DNA of 41,026 nucleotides from Acetobacteraceae bacterium (GTDB lineage Bacteria; Pseudomonadota; Alphaproteobacteria; Acetobacterales; Acetobacteraceae). Positions 1-10,610 of this stretch are shown piece by piece (positions within the stretch are counted from its first letter, which is position 1; every line of letters begins with the position of its first letter). The stretch covers positions 1-41,026 of the forward strand of contig JADGHI010000001.1 in assembly GCA_019689515.1 (NCBI GenBank), given 5' to 3'. The position numbers and the translations under genes are program-made. Under the pieces are notes generated by a model. The model was not told the DNA's origin, did no database searches, and saw only the letters and a list, made by a program, of their open reading frames with translations.

Positions 1-1119
1 GTGGTGGCTGATGCCGCCGATCGAGGGCACGAACAGCATCGCCGCCGGCATGCGCCGCGCGATGTATTGCGCATCGTGCCCGGCGCCGCTCGGCATGTGC
101 TGCCACAGGCCGGGGGCGTGCTGCTCGGCCGCCGCGGCGAGCGCCGCCTGCATCGTCTCGTCGCAGAGCGCCGGCGTGGCGCGGCTGATCTGGGTCAGCG
201 TCGCGGGGCAGCGCTCGCGCCGGTTGCTCTCGCGAACCAGCGCGCGCAGGGTCTCCTCCATCCGCTCCAGCACCTGCATCGAGACATCGCGGAACTGGAA
301 CAGCACGTCGGCCCGGCCCGGGATGATGCTCGGCGCGCCGGGCTCCAGGATGATGCGCCCCGTCGTCCAGGTGCTGCGCTCGCCGCAGACGCGCGGGAAT
401 TCCTGGTCGATGGCGGCAAGCAGGCGAACCGCGGAGAGGCCGGCATCCTTCCGTTCCGCCATGGTCGTCCCGCCAGCGTGGTCCTGCTGGCCCTCGAAGA
501 CGATCCGCCACTGCCAGATCGCGACGATCCCCGTCACCACGCCGAGGCGCAGCCCCGCATTCTCGAGCTGCGTCCCCTGCTCGATGTGCATCTCGAAGAA
601 GCCCTTGTGCCGGCCCGGTTCGAGCTGCATGCGCGGCTTGCCCGCAAGGCCCGCCGCGGCGAGCGCCTCGCGCAGCGGCGTGCCGTCGTTGCGGCTGCGG
701 CTGCGGTCGATCTCCTCCTCCGACAGGTCGCCGATGATGGAGCGGCTGCCGAGGAAGCCGCCCTCGAAGTGCCCCTCCTCATCGGCGAAGGCACAGACAT
801 CCACCGGCAGCCCGGCACGCGCCAGTGCCACGCCGGCCACGACGCCGAGCGCGCCGTCGAGCCAGCCGGCGTAGTTCTGCGATTCGATGTGGCTGCCGAC
901 GAGCAGGTGCGGGCCGGGCCCCTTGTGGCGGCCATACACGTTGCCGATTCCGTCGATGGTCGGCTCCAGCCCGCATTCCGCCAGCCGCTCCATCAGCCAG
1001 CGGCGCGCCTCCATGTCCTGCGGCGAGTAGGTCGGGCGGTGAACGCCCGTCTTGTAGGTGCCGATCCCCCGCAGGTCGTGCAGGTCCTTGAGGAAGCGGT
1101 CGGCATCGATTCTCGGCAT
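1..1119 (-). CDS. Zn-dependent hydrolase, M20 family (N-carbamoyl-amino-acid/allantoate amidohydrolase-like); 3' end runs off the window
   Basis: Not in the ORF track; translated by hand from the ATG at 1119: MPRIDADRFLKDLHDLRGIG...DGIGNVYGR...LVGSHIESQNYAGWLDG...FADEEGHF...FEMHIEQG...GQQDHAGGTTM...SGAGHDAQ...MLFVPSIGGISHH. These are the carbamoylase-type metal-binding motifs. Confidence 0.9.
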   Translation of the reverse strand, partial: MPRIDADRFLKDLHDLRGIGTYKTGVHRPTYSPQDMEARRWLMERLAECGLEPTIDGIGNVYGRHKGPGPHLLVGSHIESQNYAGWLDGALGVVAGVALARAGLPVDVCAFADEEGHFEGGFLGSRSIIGDLSEEEIDRSRSRNDGTPLREALAAAGLAGKPRMQLEPGRHKGFFEMHIEQGTQLENAGLRLGVVTGIVAIWQWRIVFEGQQDHAGGTTMAERKDAGLSAVRLLAAIDQEFPRVCGERSTWTTGRIILEPGAPSIIPGRADVLFQFRDVSMQVLERMEETLRALVRESNRRERCPATLTQISRATPALCDETMQAALAAAAEQHAPGLWQHMPSGAGHDAQYIARRMPAAMLFVPSIGGISHH

Positions 1120-1138
1120 CGGTCGGTCCCTCCGCGCC

Positions 1139-1909
1139 TCAGCGGCTCTCCAGTGTCAGGCCGCCGTCCACCACGACCGTCTGGCCCGTGACCATCGCTG
1201 CGCCGGCGAGCAGGAAGACCATCACCTCCGCCAGGTCCTCCGGCCGGCAGCGGCGCTTGAGCAGCGCCTTCTCGGCGCTTGCCCTGCGCCGCTCCTCCGT
1301 CCACTCGACCATCCAGGAGGAGTCCACCGCCCCTGGCGCGACCGCGTTCACCCGCACATCCGGCGCCAGGCCGCGCGCGAGGTTCTTGGTCAGGCTGATC
1401 ACGCCGGCCTTCGTCGCGCCATAGGCCATCGAGGAGCCCGGGCTGTCGATGCCGGCGATGGAAGCGACGCTCACCACCGCTCCCTTCGCCGCGCGCAGCG
1501 CCGGCGCCGCCGTCTTGGTGCAGCGGAACACGCCGAGCAGGTTCACCTGCACCACCGTGTTCCACAGCTCCTCGGTCAGCCTGTCGAACTCCGTGGGGCG
1601 GATGATCGTGCGCGTCCCCGGCGTGCCGGCATTGTTCACCAGGTAGTCCAGCCGGCCGAGATCGGCGATGGCCTGCTCCACCATGCGCACGCAATCCGCC
1701 GCGTCGCCGACATTGCCCGGCGCCGCGATCACGTCGCGCCCCGCGGCGCGCAGCCGCGCGACCTGCTCCGGCCCGCGCGGGTCATCCGCGAGGTGGTTGA
1801 TCGCCACCTTGCAGCCGCTCGCCGCCAGCAGCTCCACCGTGGCCAGGCCGATGCCCGAGGCGCCGCCGGTGACCAGCGCGGTCTTGCCCCTGAGGTCGTA
1901 GGTGATCAT
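1139..1909 (-). CDS. SDR family NAD(P)-dependent oxidoreductase
   Basis: TGGASGIG, NNAG, YGATK catalytic motif, VNAVAPG and VDGG; 4-bp overlap with the upstream gene. Confidence 0.92.
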   Translation of the reverse strand: MITYDLRGKTALVTGGASGIGLATVELLAASGCKVAINHLADDPRGPEQVARLRAAGRDVIAAPGNVGDAADCVRMVEQAIADLGRLDYLVNNAGTPGTRTIIRPTEFDRLTEELWNTVVQVNLLGVFRCTKTAAPALRAAKGAVVSVASIAGIDSPGSSMAYGATKAGVISLTKNLARGLAPDVRVNAVAPGAVDSSWMVEWTEERRRASAEKALLKRRCRPEDLAEVMVFLLAGAAMVTGQTVVVDGGLTLESR

Positions 1910-2871
1910 TCGCCGCTCCGCTCCATTCCCGCCATGGTGCCGATCCGCCGCAGCGCCTGCTTCAGCGCGATGAGGCGCTGGTCCCGGTCCTCGAACAGCG
2001 CGGCGGGATCCTTGCCGCCCCAGTCGTAGAAGCCGGCGCCGGACATGACGCCGGTCTTGCCTTCCGCGATCAGCTTGTCGAGCGTGTCGCAGCGGCCGCG
2101 CACCGGCGGCGGCTCGTACATCCGGTTGCGCAGCGCGTGCTGCATCATCGGCAGGCCAGTGAAGTCCGCCTTGGCGAAGACGCCGAGGATCGGCAGGCGC
2201 AGCGCGATGCCATGGATGATCGCGGCGTCGATCTCCTGGGCGGTTGCGACGCCCTCATCGAGCAGCTTCTGCACCTCAAGGCCGATCGCCGACTGGATGC
2301 GGTTGGCGATGTAGCCGGGGACGAAGCGGCGCATGACGATCGGCTGCTTGCCCATCGCCGCGCACATGGCGCGCACGGTCTCGACGACGGCCGGATCGGT
2401 CTGCGGGCCGCCCACGATGTCCACCAGGTCGCAGAGATAGGGCGGCGTGTACCAGTGCGCGATCAGCGTCCGGCGCTGCCGGCGCTCCGGCACCATCGGG
2501 AAGATGTCGAGGTAGGAGGTGTTGGAGGCGATGATTGCATCCTCCGGCGCCGCCTTGTCGAGCTCGGCGAAGAGCGCGCGCTTCGCCTCCGGGTTCTCGA
2601 CGATCGCCTCGATGATCAGCTCCGCGCCGTCCACGCATTCGGCGAGCGAGTCGTGCCGCGTGACCGCCTGGGCGAGATGCGCGGAGGTCCACTCCGCCGG
2701 CGCCTCGCCGCCCGCGACGAGCGAGGCGAGCGCCTTCTCCATCAGCCCCTGCGCCCGGGCGAGGGTCTGCGGGTTGCTGTCCGTCAGGCGCACGCGATGA
2801 CCGCCGAGGGCGAAGACCAGCGCCAGGGCATGGCCCATCGTGCCGGCGCCGAGGACAGCGATGCGACTCAT
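1906..2871 (-). CDS. 3-hydroxyacyl-CoA dehydrogenase family protein
   Basis: Start re-set to MSRIAVLGAGTMG (ATG at 2871). Motifs EAIVE...K, IASNTS, HWYTPP and PGYIANRIQ. Confidence 0.88.
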   Translation of the reverse strand: MSRIAVLGAGTMGHALALVFALGGHRVRLTDSNPQTLARAQGLMEKALASLVAGGEAPAEWTSAHLAQAVTRHDSLAECVDGAELIIEAIVENPEAKRALFAELDKAAPEDAIIASNTSYLDIFPMVPERRQRRTLIAHWYTPPYLCDLVDIVGGPQTDPAVVETVRAMCAAMGKQPIVMRRFVPGYIANRIQSAIGLEVQKLLDEGVATAQEIDAAIIHGIALRLPILGVFAKADFTGLPMMQHALRNRMYEPPPVRGRCDTLDKLIAEGKTGVMSGAGFYDWGGKDPAALFEDRDQRLIALKQALRRIGTMAGMERSGE

Positions 2872-3068
2872 GGTGGGTGTGTTCCTCCGTCCAAACCGGC
2901 CCAGGGCAGTCCGACGACGGGCCGTGGCCGGGCATGCCCCGTTACCCTGCCCTGCCCCGCTGCCGCCGACAAGACGCGCAGAGGCCGGCGGGCAGCGCCT
3001 AAGGAATGGCTTCCCGGCCGCAGCCCTCATGCTAGCCTTCGAATCCGAACGTCGCAGGAGGCGCCGCA

Positions 3069-4061
3069 ATGCCGATCGTCACCCGACGCCGCCTGTCCCT
3101 CGCCGTCGCCGCGGCGGCGGCAGCCATGCCGGCTCGCGCCGCTCGTGCCCAGGGCGCGGAAGGACCCTCAGACTATCCGTCGCGCCCGATCCGCGTGATC
3201 GCACCCTTCCCGCCCGGCGGCGGCGTGGACCTCACCGCGCGGCTGCTGGCCGATCCACTGTCGCGCGACCTCGGGCAACCCGTGGTGGTGGAGAACCGCT
3301 CCGGCGGGGGCGGCGTAGTCGGCATGGAGGCGATGGCGCGCGCCGCGCCGGACGGATACACGCTCGCCATCACCAGCCCCGGCGCGGTCACCGCGGGGCC
3401 GCATCTGCGGCGCCTGCCCTACGACGCGGCCGCGCTGAAGCACATCACGCGCCTGGTGCGCATCCCCTCCATCATGGCCGCGCGCACCGACCTGCCCGCG
3501 CGCGACCTGCGCGAATTCCTGGCGATGGCGCGCGCCGGTCGCGAATTCCGTTACGCCTCCGGAGGCGTCGGCACGGCGCAGCACCTGACAGGCGAGCTGT
3601 TCAACCAGATGGCCGGGCTACGCCTCATCCACGTCCCCTATCGCGGCACCGGTCCGGCGCTGAACGACTTGGCCGCGAAGGTGGTGGACATCTATTTCGG
3701 CGACCCCGCGACGCTTGGGCTGATCCGGCAGGGCGGCGCCCGCGCGCTCGCCGTTACCTCGTCCGAACGCTGGCCGCCATTGCCCGACACGCCCGCCATT
3801 TCGGAGGAGGTGCCGGGCTATGCCGCCGAGAACTGGTTCGGCATCGCCGCCCTGCCCGCCACGCCGGATGATCTCGTCGCCTTCCTGCACGCGCGCATCG
3901 TGCGGGTGATGGCGCAGCCTGAGACGCAGCGCCGCTACAACGAGGTCGGCCTGCACCCGGCGACCATGCCGCTCGACGAATACCGCGCCTTCCTGCGCGC
4001 CGATACCGAGACCTGGGGCCGCGTGGTGCGCACGGGCAACATCCGCATCGATTCCGAGTGA
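3069..4061 (+). CDS. Bug/TctC tripartite tricarboxylate transporter substrate-binding protein
   Basis: RR-containing signal peptide; PFPPGGGVD, VVVENRSGGGG, PDGYTL and HVPYRG motifs; RBS AGGAGG upstream. Confidence 0.93.
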   Translation: MPIVTRRRLSLAVAAAAAAMPARAARAQGAEGPSDYPSRPIRVIAPFPPGGGVDLTARLLADPLSRDLGQPVVVENRSGGGGVVGMEAMARAAPDGYTLAITSPGAVTAGPHLRRLPYDAAALKHITRLVRIPSIMAARTDLPARDLREFLAMARAGREFRYASGGVGTAQHLTGELFNQMAGLRLIHVPYRGTGPALNDLAAKVVDIYFGDPATLGLIRQGGARALAVTSSERWPPLPDTPAISEEVPGYAAENWFGIAALPATPDDLVAFLHARIVRVMAQPETQRRYNEVGLHPATMPLDEYRAFLRADTETWGRVVRTGNIRIDSE

Positions 4062-4064
4062 ACC

Positions 4065-6146
4065 GTGGCTGAGAGCATCCGCCTGGCCGTCGATGTCGGC
4101 GGCACGTTCACTGATCTCGTCCTCGAGACACCCGACGGCACCCATTCGCACAAGCTGCTGACGACGCCGGATGCGCCCGAGCGTGCCGTTCTGGAAGGCG
4201 CGCGCGCCATCCTCGCCGCCGCGCGCTGCCCGCCCGGGGCGGTCTCGCTGGTGGTGCACGGCACGACGCTCGCCACCAACGCGCTGATCGAGCGGAAAGG
4301 CGCGCGCACTGCCCTGGTGACGACCGAGGGCTTCCGCGACAGCCTGGAAATCGCCTACGAGCACCGCTTCGAGCAGTACGACCTCTACATGGAACGGCCG
4401 GAGCCGCTGGTCCCGCGCCGGCTCCGCCTCGGGGTTCCGGAGCGGGTCGCGGCGGATGGCGAGGTGCTGCGGTCACTCGACGAGGCGGCGCTGCGCGCCA
4501 CCGCCGCCATGCTGCGGGCGGAGCGGATCGAGGCGGTCGCCATCTGCTTCCTGCACAGCTTCACCAACGACGCGCATGAGCGCCGCGCCGCCGCGATTCT
4601 CGCCGAGGAACTGCCGGGTGTCGCCCTCTCCCTCTCCTGCGAGGTCGCGCCGGAGATCCGGGAGTACGAACGCACCTCCACCACCGTCGCCAACGCCTAC
4701 GTGCTGCCGCTGATGAGCGGCTATCTCGGCCGGCTGGAGAGCGGGCTGCGCGAGGCCGGCATCGCCGCGCCGCTGCTGCTGATGATGTCCTCGGGCGGCG
4801 TGACGACGGTGGAGACGGCGCGCCGCTTCCCGGTCCGCCTGGTGGAGAGCGGACCCGCGGGCGGTGCCATCCTGGCGCAGGCGGTGGCGGCGGAGAACGG
4901 CCTCCGCCGCGTCGTCGCCTTCGACATGGGCGGCACGACAGCGAAGCTCACCCTGATCGACGACTACGACTTCCAGCGCGCCCGCAGCTTCGAGGTCGCC
5001 CGCGCCTACCGCTTCATACAGGGCAGCGGCCTGCCGGTGCGCATTCCGGTGATCGAGCTGGTCGAGATCGGCGCCGGCGGCGGCTCGATCGCGCGGGTGG
5101 ACGAACTCGGCCGCATCCAGGTCGGTCCGGACAGCGCCGGCAGCGTGCCCGGCCCCGCCTGCTACGGCCGCGGCGGCGAGGCGCCGACCGTGACCGACGC
5201 CGATGCGGTGCTCGGCCGCCTCGATCCCGGGCGCTTCGCCGGCGGATCCATCCCGCTCCTGCTCGACCGCGCGCAGGCGGCACTGGAGCGCGATGTCGGC
5301 GCCGCGCTCCGCTCGGACGCCGTCACGGCCGCCGCCGGCGTGGCGGAAATCGTGGACGAGACCATGGCAAGCGCCGCCCGCGTGCACGCCGTGGAGCACG
5401 GCAAGGACACGGCGGAGCGCACGCTGATCGCCTTCGGCGGCGCGGCACCGCTGCACGCGGCGCGCCTCGCGCAGAAGCTCGGCATGCGCCGCGTCGTGGT
5501 GCCGGTCGGCGCGGGCGTCGGCTCGGCCTACGGCTTCCTGCGCGCGCCGATCGCCTATGAGGTCGTGCGCACCCGCCACATGCGCCTCGACGCCTTCGAC
5601 GCGGCGATGCTGAACGCGCTGTTCGCCGGCATGCGCGCGGAGGCGGAGGCGGTCGTCCGGCTCGGCGCCACGCCGGACGAGCCGCTGCGCGAGGTCCGCA
5701 CCGCCTTCATGCGCTACCGCGGCCAAGGCCACGAGATCGCCGTCCCGCTCCCGCCGCACGAGTTCGGACCCTCCGACGACGCCGCCGATCTCCTTGCGCG
5801 CTTCGAGGCCGCCTACACCGTGCTGTTCGGCCGCACCATCCCGCGCCTGGAGGTCGAGGCGCTGACCTGGACCCTCGCCCTCTCGACCGAACGGCCCCTT
5901 CCGCCGCGAGCGCCGGAGCCGGATGGCGCGCCGGCGCCTGCACCGGCGGGCCACCGCCCGGTGTTCGATCCCGCGGCAGCGGTGCGCGAGGAGGCCGCGG
6001 TGTTCGAACGCGCCGCTCTGGCGCCCGGCGTGCGGCTCGACGGCCCGGCGCTGATCGTCGAGGACCAGACCACCACGGTCGTCCCGCGCGGCTGGTCCGC
6101 GCGCGTGAACGCCCGGAGCCAAATCGTCCTGGAGCGCACGGCATGA
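4065..6146 (+). CDS. Hydantoinase/oxoprolinase subunit A (ATP-dependent cyclic amide hydrolase)
   Basis: GTG start; DVGGTFTD, HGTTLATNALIERKG, EYERTSTT, ESGPAGG, DMGGTT, GAGGGSIA and GPACYGRGG. Confidence 0.93.
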   Translation: MAESIRLAVDVGGTFTDLVLETPDGTHSHKLLTTPDAPERAVLEGARAILAAARCPPGAVSLVVHGTTLATNALIERKGARTALVTTEGFRDSLEIAYEHRFEQYDLYMERPEPLVPRRLRLGVPERVAADGEVLRSLDEAALRATAAMLRAERIEAVAICFLHSFTNDAHERRAAAILAEELPGVALSLSCEVAPEIREYERTSTTVANAYVLPLMSGYLGRLESGLREAGIAAPLLLMMSSGGVTTVETARRFPVRLVESGPAGGAILAQAVAAENGLRRVVAFDMGGTTAKLTLIDDYDFQRARSFEVARAYRFIQGSGLPVRIPVIELVEIGAGGGSIARVDELGRIQVGPDSAGSVPGPACYGRGGEAPTVTDADAVLGRLDPGRFAGGSIPLLLDRAQAALERDVGAALRSDAVTAAAGVAEIVDETMASAARVHAVEHGKDTAERTLIAFGGAAPLHAARLAQKLGMRRVVVPVGAGVGSAYGFLRAPIAYEVVRTRHMRLDAFDAAMLNALFAGMRAEAEAVVRLGATPDEPLREVRTAFMRYRGQGHEIAVPLPPHEFGPSDDAADLLARFEAAYTVLFGRTIPRLEVEALTWTLALSTERPLPPRAPEPDGAPAPAPAGHRPVFDPAAAVREEAAVFERAALAPGVRLDGPALIVEDQTTTVVPRGWSARVNARSQIVLERTA

Positions 6147-7810
6147 GCGCCACCGACACGGCCACCGCCGCCGAGATCCGCCACCAGGTGATGTGGAATC
6201 GCCTGCTCTCCGTCGTCGAGGAGCAGGCCCGCACCCTGGTCCGCACCGCCTTCTCCACCAGCGCGCGCGAGGCCGGCGACATCTCCGCCGGCGTGTTCGA
6301 CCTCGAAGGCCGAATGCTCGCCCAGGCGGTGACCGGCACGCCGGGCCATGTGAACTCGATGGCGCGCAGCGTCGCGCATTTCCTGCGCGAGTTCCCGCCG
6401 CACACCATGCGCCCGGGGGACCACTACATCACCAACGACCCGTGGAAGGGCACCGGGCACCTCTACGACATCGTCATCACCTCGCCCGCCTTCCATCGCG
6501 GAAAGCTGGTGGCGCTGTTCTCCTGCACGACCCATGTGGTGGACATCGGCGGCCTCGGCGCCTCCTCCGACGGACGGCAGGTGTTCCACGAGGGGTTGTT
6601 CATCCCTCTCCTGCCGCTGGCACGCGAGGGAAGGCTGGACGAGAGCCTGCTCCGCATGATCCGCGCCAATGTCCGCGAACCGGTGCAGGTGGAAGGCGAC
6701 ATCTTCGCCCTGATGGCCTGCAACGAGACGGGCGAGCGGCGCCTGTCCGAGATGATGGACGAGTACGGCCTCGCCGATCTCGACGCCCTCGGCGAGCACA
6801 TCATCTCGCGCTCCCGCGCCGGCATGGCGGCGGCGATCGCGGCCCTGCCGAAGGGCACCTGGCGCAGCCACATGCGCATCGACGGCGTCGAGGCGCCGAT
6901 CGACCTGCACGCCACCGTCACCATCGCCGACGACCATGTGGCGGTGGACTATGCCGGGACCTCCGGGGTCTCCGCCTCGGGCATCAACTGCCCGTTCTGC
7001 TACACCGAGGCCTACACCGCCTTTGGCGTGAAATGCGTCGTCGCGCCGCAGATCCCGAACAACCACGGCACGCTCGAGGCGGTGCGCGTCACGGCGCCGG
7101 AGGGCAGCATCCTCAATGCGCCCTTCCCCTGTCCGGTGAACGGCCGCTCGACCATGGGCCACATGCTGCCGGACGTAGTGTTCGGCGCGCTGCACCAGGC
7201 GCTGCCCGGCCGCGTTCCGGCGGAGGGAACCTCGAACCTCTGGAACCTGCGGCTCGGTGCCGGCCTCGGCATCACCGGCGCGGACGACCGGTCGCCTCCC
7301 TTCATGGTCGTCAGCTTCCATTCCGGCGGCGCCGGCGCGCGGCCCGATCAGGACGGACTCTCCGCGACTCCCTTCCCTTCGGGCGTGCGCAACGTGCCCT
7401 GCGAGATCACGGAGACCATCACCCCGCTCGTCATCTGGAAGAAGGAGCTGCGCCCCGATTCCGGCGGGCCCGGCCGCCGTCGTGGCGGCCTCGGCCAGAT
7501 CATGGAGGTCGGCCACCGCTATGGCGGCGCCTTCGGCATCTTCCCAACCTTCGAGCGCGTGCGCTTCCCCGCCCGCGGCCGGGAGGGAGGGCTGCCGGGC
7601 GCGCCGGGCCGCATCGCGCTCGCCTCGGGCGCGGAACTGCGGCCCAAGGGCTTCCAGGTCATCCCCGCCGGCGACCGGCTGATCGTCGAGATGCCGGGCG
7701 GGGGAGGCTACGGGGATCCGCGTGCGCGCGAGCCGGAGCACGTGGCGCGCGATGTCGAGGCCGGGCTCGTCAACCCTGAGCAGGCGAGGACCATCTACGG
7801 GCGGGAGTGA
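6143..7810 (+). CDS. Hydantoinase B/oxoprolinase subunit B
   Basis: RTAFS...[43 protein letters not shown] and PGGGGYG; ATGA overlap with subunit A. Confidence 0.93.
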   Translation: MSATDTATAAEIRHQVMWNRLLSVVEEQARTLVRTAFSTSAREAGDISAGVFDLEGRMLAQAVTGTPGHVNSMARSVAHFLREFPPHTMRPGDHYITNDPWKGTGHLYDIVITSPAFHRGKLVALFSCTTHVVDIGGLGASSDGRQVFHEGLFIPLLPLAREGRLDESLLRMIRANVREPVQVEGDIFALMACNETGERRLSEMMDEYGLADLDALGEHIISRSRAGMAAAIAALPKGTWRSHMRIDGVEAPIDLHATVTIADDHVAVDYAGTSGVSASGINCPFCYTEAYTAFGVKCVVAPQIPNNHGTLEAVRVTAPEGSILNAPFPCPVNGRSTMGHMLPDVVFGALHQALPGRVPAEGTSNLWNLRLGAGLGITGADDRSPPFMVVSFHSGGAGARPDQDGLSATPFPSGVRNVPCEITETITPLVIWKKELRPDSGGPGRRRGGLGQIMEVGHRYGGAFGIFPTFERVRFPARGREGGLPGAPGRIALASGAELRPKGFQVIPAGDRLIVEMPGGGGYGDPRAREPEHVARDVEAGLVNPEQARTIYGRE

Positions 7811-7877
7811 CACCTGCCCGGTTCGTTCCGGTCAGCAACCGTCACGCCGCCATGCGTGCTGCACGGCCACAGGCCGG

Positions 7878-7906
7878 TTGCCTTCCGGCCCCCGTCGGGC
7901 TACCGC
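7878..7906 (+). promoter_or_regulatory. Candidate sigma70 promoter of the que operon
   Basis: TTGCCT-N17-TACCGC, with GC immediately before the -10 as is common in alphaproteobacterial promoters; lies just upstream of the in-frame GTG at 7916. Confidence 0.35.
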
Positions 7907-7915
7907 CGCCCCACC

Positions 7916-9007
7916 GTGCTCGACTTATCCACAGCCCCCGAGGCCGCCACGCCGCCGCTGCGGATGGCGGATTTCGACTTCGCCCTGCCCGAGCGCCTGA
8001 TCGCGCAGGCCCCGGCGCGGCCGCGCGATTCCGCGCGCCTGCTGGTGGTGCCGCCGGCCGGACCGTTCGAGGACCGCACCGTCCGCGACCTGCCGGCATT
8101 GCTCGCGCCCGGCGACCTGCTGGTGGTGAACGACACGCGGGTCATCCCTGCGAGGCTGCGGGGCCGGCGCGGCGCGGCTCATGTGGAGCTGCTGCTCAAC
8201 CGTGCGGAGGGCGGCGGCATCTGGCATGCGCTGGTGCGCAACGCGCGCCGGCTGCGTCCGGGGGACCAGGTGGACATCGAGGGCACGGCGGGCTGCTCCG
8301 CGCGGGTGGTCGAGCACCTCGGCGAGGGCGCGGTGCGCCTCGATTTCGGCCCCGATCCGGCGGCGCTCGCCGACGCGCTCGAACGGGCGGGCGAGGTGCC
8401 CTTGCCGCCCTACATCAACCGTCCGGGCGGGCCGCGCCCCGAGGACGCCGCGGATTACCAGACCATCTTCGCCCGCGTCCCCGGCGCCGTCGCCGCGCCC
8501 ACCGCCAGCCTGCACTTCACCGAGGCGCTGCTCGCCGCGCTCGAGGCGCGTGGCGTGCAGCGCGCGACGGTCACGCTGCATGTCGGCGCCGGCACCTTCC
8601 TGCCGGTGCGGACGGAGGATCCCCGCGCCCACAGGCTGCACTCCGAATGGGGCGAGGTGACGGAGGAAGCGGCAGCACGCATCGCCGCCGCACGGCGCGC
8701 CGGCGGACGCATCGTCGCGGTCGGCACCACCGCGCTGCGCCTCCTGGAGACGGCGACGGCCGAGACGGGCGTCGTGCAGCCGTTCCGCGGCCTGACGGAT
8801 CTCTACATCCTGCCCGGCCACCGCTTCCGCACGGCCGATCTGCTGCTGACGAATTTCCACCTGCCGCGCTCGACCCTGTTCATGCTGGCCTGCGCCTTCG
8901 CCGGCACGGCGCGGATGCGCGCCGCCTACGCCCATGCGGTCGAGCGGGACTACCGCTTCTACAGCTACGGCGACGCGACGCTGCTCCACCGGAGCGACGC
9001 GCCGTGA
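7916..9007 (+). CDS. queA: S-adenosylmethionine:tRNA ribosyltransferase-isomerase
   Basis: [69 protein letters not shown] and YRFYSYGDA. The start is either GTG 7916 or ATG 7964. Confidence 0.96.
   Translation: MLDLSTAPEAATPPLRMADFDFALPERLIAQAPARPRDSARLLVVPPAGPFEDRTVRDLPALLAPGDLLVVNDTRVIPARLRGRRGAAHVELLLNRAEGGGIWHALVRNARRLRPGDQVDIEGTAGCSARVVEHLGEGAVRLDFGPDPAALADALERAGEVPLPPYINRPGGPRPEDAADYQTIFARVPGAVAAPTASLHFTEALLAALEARGVQRATVTLHVGAGTFLPVRTEDPRAHRLHSEWGEVTEEAAARIAAARRAGGRIVAVGTTALRLLETATAETGVVQPFRGLTDLYILPGHRFRTADLLLTNFHLPRSTLFMLACAFAGTARMRAAYAHAVERDYRFYSYGDATLLHRSDAP
7925..7933 (+). promoter_or_regulatory. Perfect DnaA box (TTATCCACA)
   Basis: Exact match to the DnaA-box consensus in a very GC-rich context at the 5' end of queA. 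Confidence 0.55.
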
Positions 9008-10146
9008 CCTTGCGCTGGACGAAGGTCGCGACCGATGGCGCCGCACGCGCCGGCGTGCTGCACACCGCGCATGGCGAAGTGCCGACGCCCGTCTTCATGC
9101 CGGTCGGCACCGCCGGCACCGTGAAGGCGATGACCGCCGATGCGGTGCGCTCGACCGGGGCGCGCATGGTGCTCGGCAACACCTATCACCTGATGCTGCG
9201 CCCCGGCGCGGAGCGTGTGGCGCGCCTCGGCGGGCTGCACCGCTTCATGGACTGGCATGGGCCGATCCTGACCGATTCTGGCGGCTTCCAGGTGATGTCG
9301 CTCTCCGACCTCCGGACCATGGACGCGGATGGCGTCACCTTCCGCTCGCATCTCGACGGGACGGCGTACCGGCTTACGCCGGAACGCAGCGTCGAGATCC
9401 AGCGCCTGCTCGGCGCCGACGTCACCATGTGCCTCGACGAGTGCACTCCCTACCCCGCCACCGAGGACCAGGCGGCGGCGTCCATGCGCCTTTCGATGCG
9501 CTGGGCCGCGCGCTGCCGCGAGGCCTTCGTGCCGCGCGAGGGGCATGGCCTGTTCGGCATCGTGCAGGGCAGCGTGTACCCCGCGCTGCGGGCGGAGAGC
9601 GTCGCGGCGCTGACCGCGATCGGCTTCGAGGGCTATGCGATCGGCGGGCTCGCCGTCGGAGAGGGCCAGGCAGCGATGTTCGCCGTGCTCGACTTCACCG
9701 CGCCGCTGCTGCCGCCGGACCAGCCCCGCTACCTGATGGGGGTCGGCACGCCGTCGGACCTGATCGGCGCCGTCCGGCGCGGCATCGACATGTTCGACTG
9801 CGTCATTCCGACCCGCTCCGGCCGGACGGGCCGGGCCTACACCCGCCGCGGGGTGCTGAACCTGCGCAACGCGCGCCACGCGGAGGACCCCTCCCCGCTC
9901 GATCCGAACTGCCTCTGTCCCGCGTGCAGGAATCATTCGCGCGCCTATCTGCATCACCTGTTCAAGGCTCAGGAGATGCTCGGGCCGATGCTGCTGACCT
10001 GGCACAACCTCCAGTACTACCAGGACCTGATGCGCGACCTGCGCGTCGGCATCCTCGCCGGCCGTTTCGAGGAGGCCGCGGCCGCGGCCCAGGCGGGCTG
10101 GCCGGCCGCCGAGCAGGCACAGGCCGAGGAGATGCCGGCAGCATGA
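9004..10146 (+). CDS. tgt: tRNA-guanine(34) transglycosylase
   Basis: GTG start overlapping the queA stop; [51 protein letters not shown] and the Zn site CLCPAC...H. Confidence 0.97.
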   Translation: MTLRWTKVATDGAARAGVLHTAHGEVPTPVFMPVGTAGTVKAMTADAVRSTGARMVLGNTYHLMLRPGAERVARLGGLHRFMDWHGPILTDSGGFQVMSLSDLRTMDADGVTFRSHLDGTAYRLTPERSVEIQRLLGADVTMCLDECTPYPATEDQAAASMRLSMRWAARCREAFVPREGHGLFGIVQGSVYPALRAESVAALTAIGFEGYAIGGLAVGEGQAAMFAVLDFTAPLLPPDQPRYLMGVGTPSDLIGAVRRGIDMFDCVIPTRSGRTGRAYTRRGVLNLRNARHAEDPSPLDPNCLCPACRNHSRAYLHHLFKAQEMLGPMLLTWHNLQYYQDLMRDLRVGILAGRFEEAAAAAQAGWPAAEQAQAEEMPAA

Positions 10147-10610
10147 GCGGCGCCCCCGACCACAACGAGCTCACCCAGCTCGGCCGGCCGTCGCGCCTGC
10201 CCGAGAGCCCCGAGGCGGCGGTGCTGGAGCGCGTGGCCAACCCTCACCCGGATCTGCGCTACTGCATCCGTTTCACCGCGCCGGAGTTCACCTCGCTCTG
10301 CCCGATCACCGGCCAGCCGGATTTCGCGCATCTGGTCATCGACTACGTGCCCGATGCCTGGATCGTCGAGAGCAAGTCGCTGAAGCTCTACCTCGCCTCC
10401 TTCCGCAACCACGGCGCCTTTCACGAAGCCTGCACGCTGGACATCGCAAAGCGACTGGTCGCGACGCTGGCGCCGCACTGGCTGCGCATCGGCGGCTACT
10501 GGTACCCGCGCGGCGGCATGCCGATCGACGTCTTCTACCAGTCCGGCGAGCCGCCGGCGGGCGTGTGGATCCCGCCGCAGGAGGTGCAGCCCTACCGTGG
10601 CCGCGGCTGA
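10143..10610 (+). CDS. queF: NADPH-dependent preQ0 reductase, unimodular type
   Basis: C-terminal part of ORF 8934..10610, starting at ATG 10143; [28 protein letters not shown] and PRGG. Confidence 0.95.
   Translation: MSGAPDHNELTQLGRPSRLPESPEAAVLERVANPHPDLRYCIRFTAPEFTSLCPITGQPDFAHLVIDYVPDAWIVESKSLKLYLASFRNHGAFHEACTLDIAKRLVATLAPHWLRIGGYWYPRGGMPIDVFYQSGEPPAGVWIPPQEVQPYRGRG

Noticed and set aside
1-1191. Plus-strand 396-aa and 287-aa ORFs
   Set aside because: They are antisense to the M20 hydrolase, whose motifs are clear on the minus strand.
7811-7963. preQ1 riboswitch upstream of queA
   Set aside because: No preQ1-I stem with an A-rich 3' tail, nor any other recognisable aptamer.
7807-10146. 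779-aa ORF suggesting an N-terminally extended TGT or a QueA-TGT fusion
   Set aside because: The upstream part is an off-frame overlay of queA. tgt starts at GTG 9004, overlapping the queA stop.
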